Positions 9,899-19,765 of a stretch of 39,126 bases of DNA are shown piece after piece. Within the stretch, counting starts at the first letter, position 1; each line of letters opens with the position of its first letter. The notes beneath the pieces were generated by a model. That model was not told the DNA's origin, ran no database searches, and worked only from the letters and a program-made list of their open reading frames with translations. This DNA comes from a virus (taxonomy: Duplodnaviria; Caudoviricetes). A program made the position numbers and the translations under genes. The stretch lies in IMG/VR virus record IMGVR_UViG_3300020045_005785, positions 1 through 39,126 of that record; one strand, given 5' to 3'.

Positions 9899-11305
9899 TT
9901 AACTTAAACGAAAAACTTTAACAAACCAAGAAATAACATATTTCATTGCATCAAGTGCGTGGTCGTCTCCGTTTTCTTCTGGAACATCCATTTGTATTCC
10001 TTGCCATATTTTCCAAGAATAATTTTCGTATTCTGTTTCAATATTATTAGATTCTCTAGTATAATGAATTTTACTTTTTTGCATTGTTTCAATTCCAGCT
10101 GAAATAGAACCACTTCCTTTTTTAGCATTAATAACGTTGTATCCTGAATTCTTTAATTTTCTGGCTTCTTCTTTGTTCAACTCATTTCCACTATCACAAA
10201 TAATTTGCTTATGTTTTGGAATTTCTAATTTATCAAACATTTCAGCTAAAGTGCCTTTCATATCGTTTAACGGACAGTAAAGAACTTCACGAAAGAAATA
10301 GTTTTCATCGCCATCAAATTTCATTTCCACAAGTGCAGTAGGAGCGGATAAACCAAAATCTAAACCGAAATACGATTGATACGGTAATTTATAAAAATCA
10401 CTATTTGATAATTCTTTCCATCCTTTAAATATTCTATTTGGCTTTTCTGACTTCAAACCAAGCCCGTAAACAAGCCAATGATACAAAGATGCACTATTTA
10501 TACTTTCATTATAAATACATCGCTTTAATTCGTTTATTTGACGTTTAGTAAATTCTTTTATATTTACTTCTGTGTCGTATGATTTACACTCAATTTCAGT
10601 AATTAAATTATTTAAAACAACGTCACAATATGCTATTGGTTGGTAAGATTGAATTTGTATTTTAGATTCCAACGGGCAAAAAGGATTGTCCGCAAATGTG
10701 CTAAAAAGAGTAATAGTATTTTCTTTTTTCTTTTCTTCATTTACCCAATGCGTTTGTTTTGGATTCCAGTCGAAAATAATATACTTTGATGTCCTTTGAG
10801 AAAGTTGCTTGTAAACTTCGTGACTGAATTTATAAGGTTCGTTTATCCAGCAAATATCTTGTGTCATCCCCATTGCATCATCTTCGTCGTCTAATCCAGT
10901 AAATCGAATAAATGAATTATTATGTAAAAAAGTCCAAGTATGGTTTGTTTTATTCCGTAAAAAGTATTTTAATAATGATTCTTTTTTAATTAAAGTATCA
11001 AATTCCTGAACGGTAATAAGTTTTTTTTCAAGTTCTTTTTTTCTACCCATCGGATCAGAAAGCCATTTAACCCAATCGACCTCTACAATTTCTCTACAAG
11101 ACTTTTGAGTATCTCTTAAAATCGTGCAAGTTGTTAAAGGATTTTCAAATAGATCTAAAAATAATACCTGAAAGTCGCTCCAAGTTTTAGAACTTCTAGA
11201 GCCTCCCTCTTCAACTATTAATTTATATTTTCCTGATTGTGTAGCATTCCAAATATCACGAAATACTTTAGTAGCTTTAAACTCTATTTCGTTACTCTTC
11301 GTCAT
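9899..11305 (-). CDS. terL: terminase large subunit (PBSX-like)
   Basis: Walker A EGGSRSSKT, Walker B-like CWINEP, coupling motif FDWNP, nuclease motifs GLDFG and DDHALDA. Confidence 0.92.
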   Translation of the reverse strand: MTKSNEIEFKATKVFRDIWNATQSGKYKLIVEEGGSRSSKTWSDFQVLFLDLFENPLTTCTILRDTQKSCREIVEVDWVKWLSDPMGRKKELEKKLITVQEFDTLIKKESLLKYFLRNKTNHTWTFLHNNSFIRFTGLDDEDDAMGMTQDICWINEPYKFSHEVYKQLSQRTSKYIIFDWNPKQTHWVNEEKKKENTITLFSTFADNPFCPLESKIQIQSYQPIAYCDVVLNNLITEIECKSYDTEVNIKEFTKRQINELKRCIYNESINSASLYHWLVYGLGLKSEKPNRIFKGWKELSNSDFYKLPYQSYFGLDFGLSAPTALVEMKFDGDENYFFREVLYCPLNDMKGTLAEMFDKLEIPKHKQIICDSGNELNKEEARKLKNSGYNVINAKKGSGSISAGIETMQKSKIHYTRESNNIETEYENYSWKIWQGIQMDVPEENGDDHALDAMKYVISWFVKVFRLS

Positions 11306-11735
11306 TGTTTTCGATTATACGAACTGATATAGAAGATGGGGGAGTTTGTATTTTTTCGCCTCCAGATGTTAAGTCTATTTTATCACTATACTTTTTAGGA
11401 TTAAGTTTTCCTAACATCCATTTTCTGGAATCAATTTGAAGTCGATTTCTGTTTATTGCATTATGATTAGTGATTTCGCCATTATCGGTAATTATCACAT
11501 CATTTTCTTGACTGTCCGCAATAGTTATGATTTCATCTAAAATAAGTAATTCTCGTACCTCGCACGCGCACGCGTATCTTTTCGATTTTTCAATATCTTC
11601 TTCTAACCAAATATAAAAAGTTGAAGTACTAGGCATTCCATTAGTATTCAAAGCAGATATTAAAGATTTTCCGCTTTCAATTTCTGAAATTATCCAATCA
11701 AAACATTCTGCTATTTTTTCAGTAGTATATGCCAT
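11292..11735 (-). CDS. terS: terminase small subunit (likely start MAYTTEK at 11735)
   Basis: N-terminal HTH (GMPSTSTFYIWL) and RLQIDSRKWMLGKLNPKKYSDK motif of Sf6-like TerS; upstream of terL. Confidence 0.85.
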   Translation of the reverse strand: MAYTTEKIAECFDWIISEIESGKSLISALNTNGMPSTSTFYIWLEEDIEKSKRYACACEVRELLILDEIITIADSQENDVIITDNGEITNHNAINRNRLQIDSRKWMLGKLNPKKYSDKIDLTSGGEKIQTPPSSISVRIIENNDEE

Positions 11736-11814
11736 ATCATTTGAAAAAAACCGCTTCAAAACACTAACCAAATTTCAAAGCGGTAAAAATTATTAATTAT
11801 GAATGGTAAAGATA

Positions 11815-12180
11815 TTAAATTATTTCAAATTCACAACCTGTTAATGCAAAATATAAGTTTTGTAGTTGGTGGACGTACTTTATTCAAGCAATAGACTGAC
11901 ATACTATCTCTACTCTATAACTATCTCCGTTTGTATTTAAAGAAATTGTATGCGGATATCCTCCAAACTTAAAAAATATATCTTTCCTCCTATCAAACCC
12001 AAACTTCAATAACCATTCTTCTGTTAGCGGGATAGGTTCAAATCCAATTCCTTTACCGTTTACATCTCCTTGTAAAATCATTAAAGTAGTAGGCTCAACT
12101 ATATGAATCTCTTCATAAATAATGACTCCATTTACTTTTGGATTTAATAAATTCCCAATTCTTAATTCCGTGCTTTTCAT
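11815..12180 (-). pseudogene. conserved Bacteroidetes-phage hypothetical protein interrupted by an in-frame TGA at 11884-11886
   Basis: ELRIGN..PIPLTEEWLLKFGF is followed, after the stop, by in-frame IKYVHQLQNLYFALTG, which I recall as the usual C-terminus of this family. Confidence 0.6.
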
Positions 12181-12181
12181 A

Positions 12182-12403
12182 TCATTTATTCTTTAAGTTA
12201 AAAATTTCATTTGCTTTTGTGATTGAATTAAACCATTCTAAAGCATCGTAATATTTTTGCGATAAATCTAATTGCTCTTTCTCCTTTTCTTTATCGTCAC
12301 CATATTTTAATGACATTTGAGCATAAAAAGAACTTCCGTTTAATAAATCTTCTTTTATTAAATCTACATAACTTGATTCTAATGCTTTCACTGTTAATTT
12401 CAT
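12182..12403 (-). CDS. hypothetical protein
   Basis: 73 aa, tightly packed in the operon. Confidence 0.65.
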   Translation of the reverse strand: MKLTVKALESSYVDLIKEDLLNGSSFYAQMSLKYGDDKEKEKEQLDLSQKYYDALEWFNSITKANEIFNLKNK

Positions 12404-12433
12404 AATTTTATTTGTTTAAATTGTTCGAGTGAT

Positions 12434-14074
12434 TTAAATTTTTAATTTAGTTCTTAATTCAATTTGTCTTTCTGGCAATTCGTAAATGGTATTTTGTATT
12501 AAATATCCGTTATCCGTAAATGTAATATTATTTTCAACGTGTTCGATTGATTTATAAACATCATAAACCGATTCACAAATAAAGAATAAAACATTGTTTC
12601 GTATCATTTCAGGGAGAGTTTGTTTTTGATGCTCGGTTAATTTTCCATACTTCATTTTTAATTCACAACCAAAATAAAAAGAAGTTTTTGGATAATAAAT
12701 AGCATTGTCTGGTAATCCTGCTTTTGATGCAAAATGTACCCATCTACCCTCAATAAAAGCTTTTCCGCTATTTTGCCTCCAATAAAAATAACCTGTTTTA
12801 TCTAAGAATGAATTAACATCTTCCTGTAATTCAGATTCTTTTTTATAAACTTTTCCATCGTATAAATCTAATAAAGAACCGATTCTTTTTAAAAATATTT
12901 GTTTTTCTTCTGTTATTAAATTTGACAAATTTTGTCTAATATCATTTGATTTATCCAAGTTCATTTCACGGTCAATAACACGACTTATTTTTTTACCAAA
13001 TACTAATTCTTTTTTATCAGTAGGCAATCCGTGTTCTTTAACACAACCGCAACAATCTAATAAAATACAATCTTCTTTTCCATTAGTAATTGATTCATCA
13101 ATAGTATGCCCTAATAATCTAATTCCACGTCCGCAACATTGTATGTATTTTTTCCACGATTTAGTAGGACAAGCAAGAATAACACATTGAACCGTTGGAT
13201 CATCAAAACCAGCTGTTAATATTTCAATAGAAATTAATCCTTTAGACGTTCCGTTTTTATATCTTTCATAAATTAATTTTCTATTTGTTTGATTTGTATC
13301 GGCTGTTATTACATCGGTAACTATTCCGTTTAATTCAAATTCTTTTTGTAATTCAAAACAATGAATTTTATTTATACCAAAACAAATAAATTTTCTTTCC
13401 TCTCCAAGTTCAATATATTTTTGAATAATTGATTTATTTATATCTTGTTTTATAACTTCTTCATTCAATGATTTTTCTTGATAGTCTTTTGTGTTTGTTG
13501 ATATTTTTACATTTGATAAATCAAAATCAATAGGAGAGTAAATTTTAAAAGGAGTCAACCATCCTAAATTTACTAAATCAATAGTTTGATAATCATCAAT
13601 AATTGCATTAAACCCATCTAATAAAAAATCTTTATTATCAACTGGAGTAGCGGAAAGTCCTAAAAAAATAGAGTTTGGAAATCTTTCAAATATTTTTTGA
13701 ATAAATCCAGATTCATAACCATAATGAACTTCGTCAATAATTATTATTTTAGGCTCTTTTATTTTAGTATTTGCAAGCGTTTGAATAGTTGCTACTAATA
13801 ATTTATAATCTTCAAAATATCCATCGCTATCGCCTTGTAAAAAACTTGGATTTAATGATATAAATTTATCTCTCGATTGTTCGGCTAAACCTATTCTATG
13901 CGATGTAAATAAAACTGAATTATTTTTTGAAATAGCATCTTTACAAATCTGATAAGATAATATAGTTTTTCCAAACCCTGTAGGGGCATTTATTAAAATA
14001 CGTTTATGTCCTTTTCTTAATTCGTCTTTAATTTTATTTAAGACAATTTCTTGTGGTTCTCTTAGTTTATACAT
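12434..14074 (-). CDS. SF2 (DExH) helicase fused to a C-terminal VRR-NUC-like PD-(D/E)xK nuclease
   Basis: Helicase motifs APTGFGKT, DEVH, SAT, AGFDDP, QCCGRGIR; C-terminal ESELQ..GLPD..ELK..GKLTEHQ. Confidence 0.85.
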   Translation of the reverse strand: MYKLREPQEIVLNKIKDELRKGHKRILINAPTGFGKTILSYQICKDAISKNNSVLFTSHRIGLAEQSRDKFISLNPSFLQGDSDGYFEDYKLLVATIQTLANTKIKEPKIIIIDEVHYGYESGFIQKIFERFPNSIFLGLSATPVDNKDFLLDGFNAIIDDYQTIDLVNLGWLTPFKIYSPIDFDLSNVKISTNTKDYQEKSLNEEVIKQDINKSIIQKYIELGEERKFICFGINKIHCFELQKEFELNGIVTDVITADTNQTNRKLIYERYKNGTSKGLISIEILTAGFDDPTVQCVILACPTKSWKKYIQCCGRGIRLLGHTIDESITNGKEDCILLDCCGCVKEHGLPTDKKELVFGKKISRVIDREMNLDKSNDIRQNLSNLITEEKQIFLKRIGSLLDLYDGKVYKKESELQEDVNSFLDKTGYFYWRQNSGKAFIEGRWVHFASKAGLPDNAIYYPKTSFYFGCELKMKYGKLTEHQKQTLPEMIRNNVLFFICESVYDVYKSIEHVENNITFTDNGYLIQNTIYELPERQIELRTKLKI

Positions 14075-14100
14075 AATTTTATTTTTTTTATATGCGTATT

Positions 14101-14310
14101 AGTTTGCGCACCTTTTGCGCACCTATTTGCACAGTAAATTATCAATGTTTATAGTACTTAACACGTTTTTTACTGTGAATGCACACTTAAAACGTTTTAA
14201 AAAAATATATTTTTATTTTTATTTTATTTATTATATTTCTACGTGCACAGTGTGAATGCGCACTAAAAACGCTGTTAAGTATTGAATTTACTAACTTTCT
14301 ACTGTGCAAA
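14101..14310. other. putative replication origin
   Basis: Non-coding gap between the two replication genes, with TGC(G)CAC repeats, nested inverted repeats and an AT-rich core. Confidence 0.55.
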
Positions 14311-16563
14311 CTAGTGTGCATTTTCAAATTCCTTAACCCAATTTTGCACACTTCGACGTGAAATTCCTAAAAGTTCAGCTGTTTCACTTCTATTAAAGTC
14401 TGGTTTACCTTTCCAAATTTCGTGAAGTTTCTCTTTTTCAGATTTACCTTTATTAGCCGTGATAGTTGTTTTTAATTTAGAAACCTCAATAGAATTAACT
14501 TTAATTTTTTTAGCAGTAGCGACAAAGTATTTACTTAGTTTTTCTGCTTTTAAGATACTTTCTTTTGATATTAGTAATGTATTGTCACTTTCGGTAAAGA
14601 ACTCATTAAAAGTATGAATTAAGCACGCAAAACGAGGGATATAACTCTTTTGTTTTGGGAGCATAGATTTTAAATACTCATTTTCGTTTTCATCGTTTTG
14701 AATTATGGTAGTTTCATTAAACATTCGCACCCATTCTGTTTTTGCATCTTCAGAAAATTTAGCTGTTAATGGTGTTATTTCTCCATCGTCATTTCGTTTT
14801 ATAATTCCCTTTAAGGTATCATAAAACATAATTATTGCTTCTTTATACCAATGAAGTAAATCTTCTGAAATTTCATTTTCATTATAGCAATCGATTTTTA
14901 AATCAGGAAATGACAATAACATTCTATCCATAAATCCGTTGTCTTTGTTTTCATCCGTATAAAATGAATTAAAGATACCCGGCTGTATGCCTCCGAGAAC
15001 AGGAATGAAAGGTTTTTCAACAAACGAACCTTTACGAGTTAAACGGTTGAGGTTAACAGATTTCCCACTCCAAGTTGATAGCCAAAATTCTAAATCTGAA
15101 CCCTCTCTATATTTATTCATATCTTTTAACCATCCAGCGAGTTCATCTTTAAACACACCTACTGCATTATCACTTTCTTGATGTAAATCAACTAAAGCTT
15201 CTAAAGTAATGTCGTTGGCTATAAATTGGCTCTTTCTTGGTTCATAAACTTCTGGATGTTCTTCTTTTTCTTTTTTGCTCAAAGCAGTATAGAAATCGAA
15301 TTTTTCACGTTCTTTAATATAAGTCTTAATTTCTTTTTGATTAATCTTTATCAGTGGATAAATTACGTTTGATATACTTGGTGTTTTACCTAATCCAGCC
15401 TTACCAACTATTGAAATCCAAACAGTTAAATTTTCAATCCAACCTTTTTTTACCTCAACATTAATAGAATTTCCGATACATACAGAAATTAACCAAAGCA
15501 TTGAACAACCCATATAGTCAACAGAACTATCTAATTTTGAATGGCATTCTTTTAAATAGTCTTGAATTTCATTTGGAAATATATCTATTGGAAAAACTAA
15601 ATCATTTTCGTTTATTTTTGGTTTTTCCTCGTTGGCTTGTAATGATATTTTAGGCTTAATTTCGTTCACTAATTTTTTTAAACGAGATCCAAAACCTTTT
15701 TGATATAAGTCTTTTGCTCCTGCAGATAAATCGCCACCGTGATTTTTATAACAATAAGCCACAAAAGGACTTATTTGTTTTTCGTGTGGGTAAATAGTTC
15801 CTGTGCTAAAAAGATACATTAATCCATCCTCTTTATACACATAACCTGAATGAGGAGATGTTGCACCGTGTCGTTTAATAACGTACTTTTTATTGTGGTT
15901 TGCAACTATTTGAAAATCACTCCCTATAATTTCAAAAATATCAGTTTTTTGATTAAAATCATCCCAACACGAAATTTCATTTTCCTGATATTCTTGTTTT
16001 TTCTTTATCGGTTCAATTGGCGCTTCATTTACATAGTTGTAAGTTCGTGAACAGCTCCATAAAATTTCTCTATCAGCTTCTGAAATTTCCTTAATTTCGT
16101 GATAGTTTATTTTAGATAAAGTATCGTCATAAGCAATAACCATTCCGCCAATACCCCTACTTTCAATTAATGCTTCACTACTACCTTTTAATTTTGCAAT
16201 CTTAGTATTACCTCTTAGGCTTTTGCATCTATAAAGAATATGATACCCTTTATTTAAAGTCTTTTTAATTACAAATTTCTTTTCAAAGTCATCGATATTA
16301 TCATTAAGAAAACCATAATATTCATCCCAAAACTCCTTTTGTTCTTTTAGAGTTGATAAAGTTTTGCAGTCAATATCGATAACTTCAAGATTATTATATC
16401 CTGTAACGAGTCCGAATTTAGGGCTTGTTAATTGTTCAATTTCCTCTGGGGTTCTTGCAATTGTTTGTGACTTTTTCCAACTACCAATCGGAGCTTTATT
16501 TTCTGCACAAGGTATAACCGAGAAACCATTTTCAGCTAATTTTTTTAAATAGTGCTTTTCCAT
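14311..16563 (-). CDS. primase-polymerase / P-loop helicase (DUF3987-like) replication protein with C-terminal HTH
   Basis: N-terminal FSVIP..KAP, VIDID and GYHILY (Prim-Pol); GKAGLGKT and FKDE (NTPase); C-terminal RSETAELLGISRRSVQNW. Confidence 0.85.
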   Translation of the reverse strand: MEKHYLKKLAENGFSVIPCAENKAPIGSWKKSQTIARTPEEIEQLTSPKFGLVTGYNNLEVIDIDCKTLSTLKEQKEFWDEYYGFLNDNIDDFEKKFVIKKTLNKGYHILYRCKSLRGNTKIAKLKGSSEALIESRGIGGMVIAYDDTLSKINYHEIKEISEADREILWSCSRTYNYVNEAPIEPIKKKQEYQENEISCWDDFNQKTDIFEIIGSDFQIVANHNKKYVIKRHGATSPHSGYVYKEDGLMYLFSTGTIYPHEKQISPFVAYCYKNHGGDLSAGAKDLYQKGFGSRLKKLVNEIKPKISLQANEEKPKINENDLVFPIDIFPNEIQDYLKECHSKLDSSVDYMGCSMLWLISVCIGNSINVEVKKGWIENLTVWISIVGKAGLGKTPSISNVIYPLIKINQKEIKTYIKEREKFDFYTALSKKEKEEHPEVYEPRKSQFIANDITLEALVDLHQESDNAVGVFKDELAGWLKDMNKYREGSDLEFWLSTWSGKSVNLNRLTRKGSFVEKPFIPVLGGIQPGIFNSFYTDENKDNGFMDRMLLSFPDLKIDCYNENEISEDLLHWYKEAIIMFYDTLKGIIKRNDDGEITPLTAKFSEDAKTEWVRMFNETTIIQNDENENEYLKSMLPKQKSYIPRFACLIHTFNEFFTESDNTLLISKESILKAEKLSKYFVATAKKIKVNSIEVSKLKTTITANKGKSEKEKLHEIWKGKPDFNRSETAELLGISRRSVQNWVKEFENAH

Positions 16564-16596
16564 ATTAACTTTGTTAAGTTTTTGTAGCTAAAAAAA

Positions 16597-16746
16597 TTAA
16601 GCTATTTTTATTAAAACACCACCGTTTACAGTAACTGTTTTCAGTTCTCCAGACTTTACCATTTGGTTTACTCTTGCTCGAGATACACCTATTCTTTTAG
16701 CGTATTCACTTTGGGTAAAAAGGTCTTTTCTTATTTCTTTTGTCAT
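16597..16746 (-). CDS. small HTH DNA-binding protein (49 aa, excisionase-like)
   Basis: Read manually: MTKEIRKDLFTQSEYAKRIGVSRARVNQMVKSGEL... Confidence 0.7.
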   Translation of the reverse strand: MTKEIRKDLFTQSEYAKRIGVSRARVNQMVKSGELKTVTVNGGVLIKIA

Positions 16747-16814
16747 TTTACAATGTTTAGTTTTTAGTTCAAATAAAACCGACTATTGCTAATCGGTTCT
16801 ACAAATATACTCAA

Positions 16815-17066
16815 TTACATATTACTATCAAAACTTTTTCTCATCAAAGTATTGATTTTATTTGTCAAATCTTGAAAGTAAGTAGTTTTTTGAATGGTAT
16901 AAGTATTAGCGCAATCGTTGTTTAGAATTTCGCAAAACTCGGTTAAATCGTTTTTTAACTTAGCCATTTTAGGTGTCGTTACTTTTAAATCGTCTAAGTT
17001 TTCTAAAAGTAGTTGCATTAAACAATAGAATAAGTGCATTTTGATTGATTTCTGTTTTGGTGTCAT
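16815..17066 (-). CDS. hypothetical protein (likely start MTPKQK at 17066)
   Basis: Starts just after the MTase stop; the longer track ORF overlaps the MTase. Confidence 0.6.
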   Translation of the reverse strand: MTPKQKSIKMHLFYCLMQLLLENLDDLKVTTPKMAKLKNDLTEFCEILNNDCANTYTIQKTTYFQDLTNKINTLMRKSFDSNM

Positions 17067-17067
17067 A

Positions 17068-17985
17068 TTAGAAAAGTGTTGATTTATTAATATCGCCTCT
17101 GCCGTTCCAAAATATAGATTCAAAGACTTTCTTTTTATTATTAGTTGCGGACAAACTCGAGCGATGTTTAAACATTTCAATCTTTTCAAATGGTGCATCA
17201 TACTCAGATAAATAAGCGGGATATTCTAAATTTGCAAACCAATCATAAAATTCATCGTGATTGAAACCGCCCTCTTTATATTCTCCAGTTCCTTTATACG
17301 GAATATCACAATAAATAATTGGGTTGTTACCTATTATTTTTATATCTTGGTAGCTTTTATTATTTATCTGTAGGTTCTGTAGGTTCTGTAGGTTCTGTAG
17401 TCGTGTTAAGTGTTCTACTAATTCTAAGTTTTGAACATCGCACCTTTTTTCAGTTATTTTCTTAACGTGGCTACAAAATGCAATCCTACGCTTTTGAATA
17501 TCTTTTATTTTAAAAATACCATCCGTATTTAAACCTAACTTAAACATTGCGGTTTCATCTAAATTAACTATTAATTCGTGCGCAAGTCTTTTAAATTCCT
17601 CGATATCTGCACCATACAAATAAGATCTTTGACTATTACCAAAACTCCAACAACTCATTACAAAACCGCTATACCAATCCGCATCTTCATTGCTTTTATT
17701 TATTTGTTTATGAAACTCCTCACGAGTTACCCATTCGTAGAATTTATGCTCTAATTCTTTATTATCTTTTAAGTATGATACCAAACTATAAATGTGTTTA
17801 TTTAGTTCGTTATAATGTACGTTAAATCGATAATCACGAATAGCGGTAAAACTTATCGAACCACCACCTCCAAACAAATCATAAAAATCGGTTATTCCGT
17901 TATGACGTTGTGTAATCTTTTGTAAAATATCTGAAGCTAATTTTCGCTTGCTGCCCATATAGGGGATTCCTAATTTTTGTTTCAT
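17068..17985 (-). CDS. D12/Dam-like N6-adenine DNA methyltransferase
   Basis: PYMGSK, DLFGGGGS (SAM binding) and YCDIPY (variant of DPPY). Confidence 0.85.
   Translation of the reverse strand: MKQKLGIPYMGSKRKLASDILQKITQRHNGITDFYDLFGGGGSISFTAIRDYRFNVHYNELNKHIYSLVSYLKDNKELEHKFYEWVTREEFHKQINKSNEDADWYSGFVMSCWSFGNSQRSYLYGADIEEFKRLAHELIVNLDETAMFKLGLNTDGIFKIKDIQKRRIAFCSHVKKITEKRCDVQNLELVEHLTRLQNLQNLQNLQINNKSYQDIKIIGNNPIIYCDIPYKGTGEYKEGGFNHDEFYDWFANLEYPAYLSEYDAPFEKIEMFKHRSSLSATNNKKKVFESIFWNGRGDINKSTLF
17367..17400. repeat. in-frame 9-bp tandem repeat (TCTGTAGGT x3.8) encoding LQN repeats
   Basis: Directly visible. Confidence 0.9.
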
Positions 17986-18179
17986 AATACAAACTCTTTC
18001 CCGTGATAACTAATAACTTCCATAGTAACTATCACATCTTTATTTTTAGCAAATTTAGCAGCATCATCTTTATAGAAGTTAGTCGATGTGCATTTATATT
18101 GTTCGTCTTTTCCTGTTGTGAATTTCACGTATAGGATTGTTTGTGGTGGTATTGGTAGTCCTTTGTAGAGTATTGTCAT
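17982..18179 (-). CDS. hypothetical protein
   Basis: 65 aa with ATGA overlaps. Confidence 0.6.
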   Translation of the reverse strand: MTILYKGLPIPPQTILYVKFTTGKDEQYKCTSTNFYKDDAAKFAKNKDVIVTMEVISYHGKEFVL

Positions 18180-18445
18180 AGATTCATTTTACTTTCATAA
18201 ATATAAAAAGTTTCAGTCGTTTTCATTGGATAAAACTTTGTAAATTGTTTTTCTTTTGGTGCATTTTCCAAAGATTTCAATATCAAATTTAAACAATTGT
18301 CATCATAATAGCTTAATCGATATTTCGTATATTCAGGTGCTAATTTTAATCTACTTATTTTGTCATAGATACAAGATAGGCTATAACCTGTTATGTTTGC
18401 TATTTGACTTGCTGTGTATAGGTTTCCTGATTTCACAACTTCCAC
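18176..18445 (-). CDS. HTH DNA-binding protein
   Basis: YTASQIANITGYSLSCIYDKI helix-turn-helix pattern. Confidence 0.6.
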   Translation of the reverse strand: MEVVKSGNLYTASQIANITGYSLSCIYDKISRLKLAPEYTKYRLSYYDDNCLNLILKSLENAPKEKQFTKFYPMKTTETFYIYESKMNL

Positions 18446-18936
18446 CCAACTTTAACAAACCCACTATTTCTCATCTCAGGACTTTCATTGTAGAATTTAA
18501 AGTCACTTCTTTTATCTCGAGTCGCTCTTAATCCTAAAACTAAACGACCAATAGTGTAGTCAATTCCACACTCGATACCAGCCGTTGCGTAACCATTTCC
18601 TGAACGTGATATAATTCCTAATCGACCTCCAGCATAATACCTTAATTGGTCAAAGTAACCGCTAGTAAAGTTAATACCCGCTGCACCTATAAAATCAATA
18701 TATCCACCGTTTAATTGATTGAAAGAAGTTAATGAGGCTCTTACATACATCAAATAATTATATTCAATTTCAGCCCCTATATTAAGACCACTTTTCTCTA
18801 TCGATGCGCTAGGATCTATTACAACCGCAAAGTTAAACGATTCAACTTTATTTAATCTAAAATTACTTTGACCGTAATTCAAAGCCGTTGCTAAAAGTGC
18901 AATCCATAGTAGGAATGCTAATGTTAAGTTTTTCAT
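18433..18936 (-). CDS. secreted, probable outer-membrane beta-barrel protein
   Basis: Signal peptide, then Gly/aromatic-rich alternating strands ending GFVKVGWKL. Confidence 0.6.
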   Translation of the reverse strand: MKNLTLAFLLWIALLATALNYGQSNFRLNKVESFNFAVVIDPSASIEKSGLNIGAEIEYNYLMYVRASLTSFNQLNGGYIDFIGAAGINFTSGYFDQLRYYAGGRLGIISRSGNGYATAGIECGIDYTIGRLVLGLRATRDKRSDFKFYNESPEMRNSGFVKVGWKL

Positions 18937-19391
18937 AATCCTATTTGTTTTTGTGCTGGTTTAGTTAATTCAAATCCAATATCGTGTCGTAATAATGATT
19001 CTACATTTGAATTTTCAGTATAATCAAAATCAATTATATAATTTCCTTTTTTTACTGAATTGCTAAATGGAACATATTCAAACCCATCAAACAAACATCT
19101 TTCTTTTGCTTGTTGGTATTCTTTAACGTCACAATCAAACGAATGTAAATCCAAAATAACTTCTTTTTCTTCCCCTACTATCATTCTGTATTTTTTGTTT
19201 TCAGGACTTGGTTCTTCCAAAACCACCCAAACGCCTTCTACAAGTTTACAAGGAACAAACATCCATAGTTCTAAAGGTTGTTTAAGGAATTTAGCATAAT
19301 TAAGAGTTAATCTTCTTATGTATTCATCGTAGCCCTTGAAAGCCTTGTTTTTATCTAATACAAAATCTGTCATTCCAATTAATTTTTTCAT
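18933..19391 (-). CDS. hypothetical protein
   Basis: 152 aa with ATGA overlap. Confidence 0.7.
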   Translation of the reverse strand: MKKLIGMTDFVLDKNKAFKGYDEYIRRLTLNYAKFLKQPLELWMFVPCKLVEGVWVVLEEPSPENKKYRMIVGEEKEVILDLHSFDCDVKEYQQAKERCLFDGFEYVPFSNSVKKGNYIIDFDYTENSNVESLLRHDIGFELTKPAQKQIGL

Positions 19392-19467
19392 ACCATAATA
19401 AATATTACAATAGCACTAAATAAAAATGCCATCAAGATTAATGCTCCTATAAATTCGTTGTTTGGTT

Positions 19468-19662
19468 TCATAATTTCTCTAATTTTAAATTTATACTTAA
19501 TTTGTAGCCTTCTATTTTTGCTATCTCAGATAACGTGCTGTTTGATATATTATCTCCGTTAATCCAATTGTAAACTGCTCTACGTGAAATATTATGTTTC
19601 TTTGCAAAATGCGTTTTGTTTTGCGTTCCTAATAGGATGAGGAATGTTTGTTGTTGTGTCAT
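19468..19662 (-). CDS. Cro/CI-type HTH regulator
   Basis: NKTHFAKKHNISRRAVYNWING..S.STL..IA. Confidence 0.7.
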   Translation of the reverse strand: MTQQQTFLILLGTQNKTHFAKKHNISRRAVYNWINGDNISNSTLSEIAKIEGYKLSINLKLEKL

Positions 19663-19765
19663 ACCACAGGATTTTTAATAATTACCAATATAATTAAGAT
19701 TACGCACGTTGCGCAAAATATAACAGTGTTTCGGGTTTGTGATTGTGTTTGCATTTTGTTTGGTT

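Noticed and set aside
16597-16746. Excisionase implying an integrating prophage
   Set aside because: No integrase or host flanks were seen; the HTH is equally compatible with a replication regulator.
16775-16809. Promoter plus hairpin acting as an attenuator
   Set aside because: The AACCGA/TCGGTT stem is most simply a terminator, and the TATATTTG match lacks a clear -33 element.
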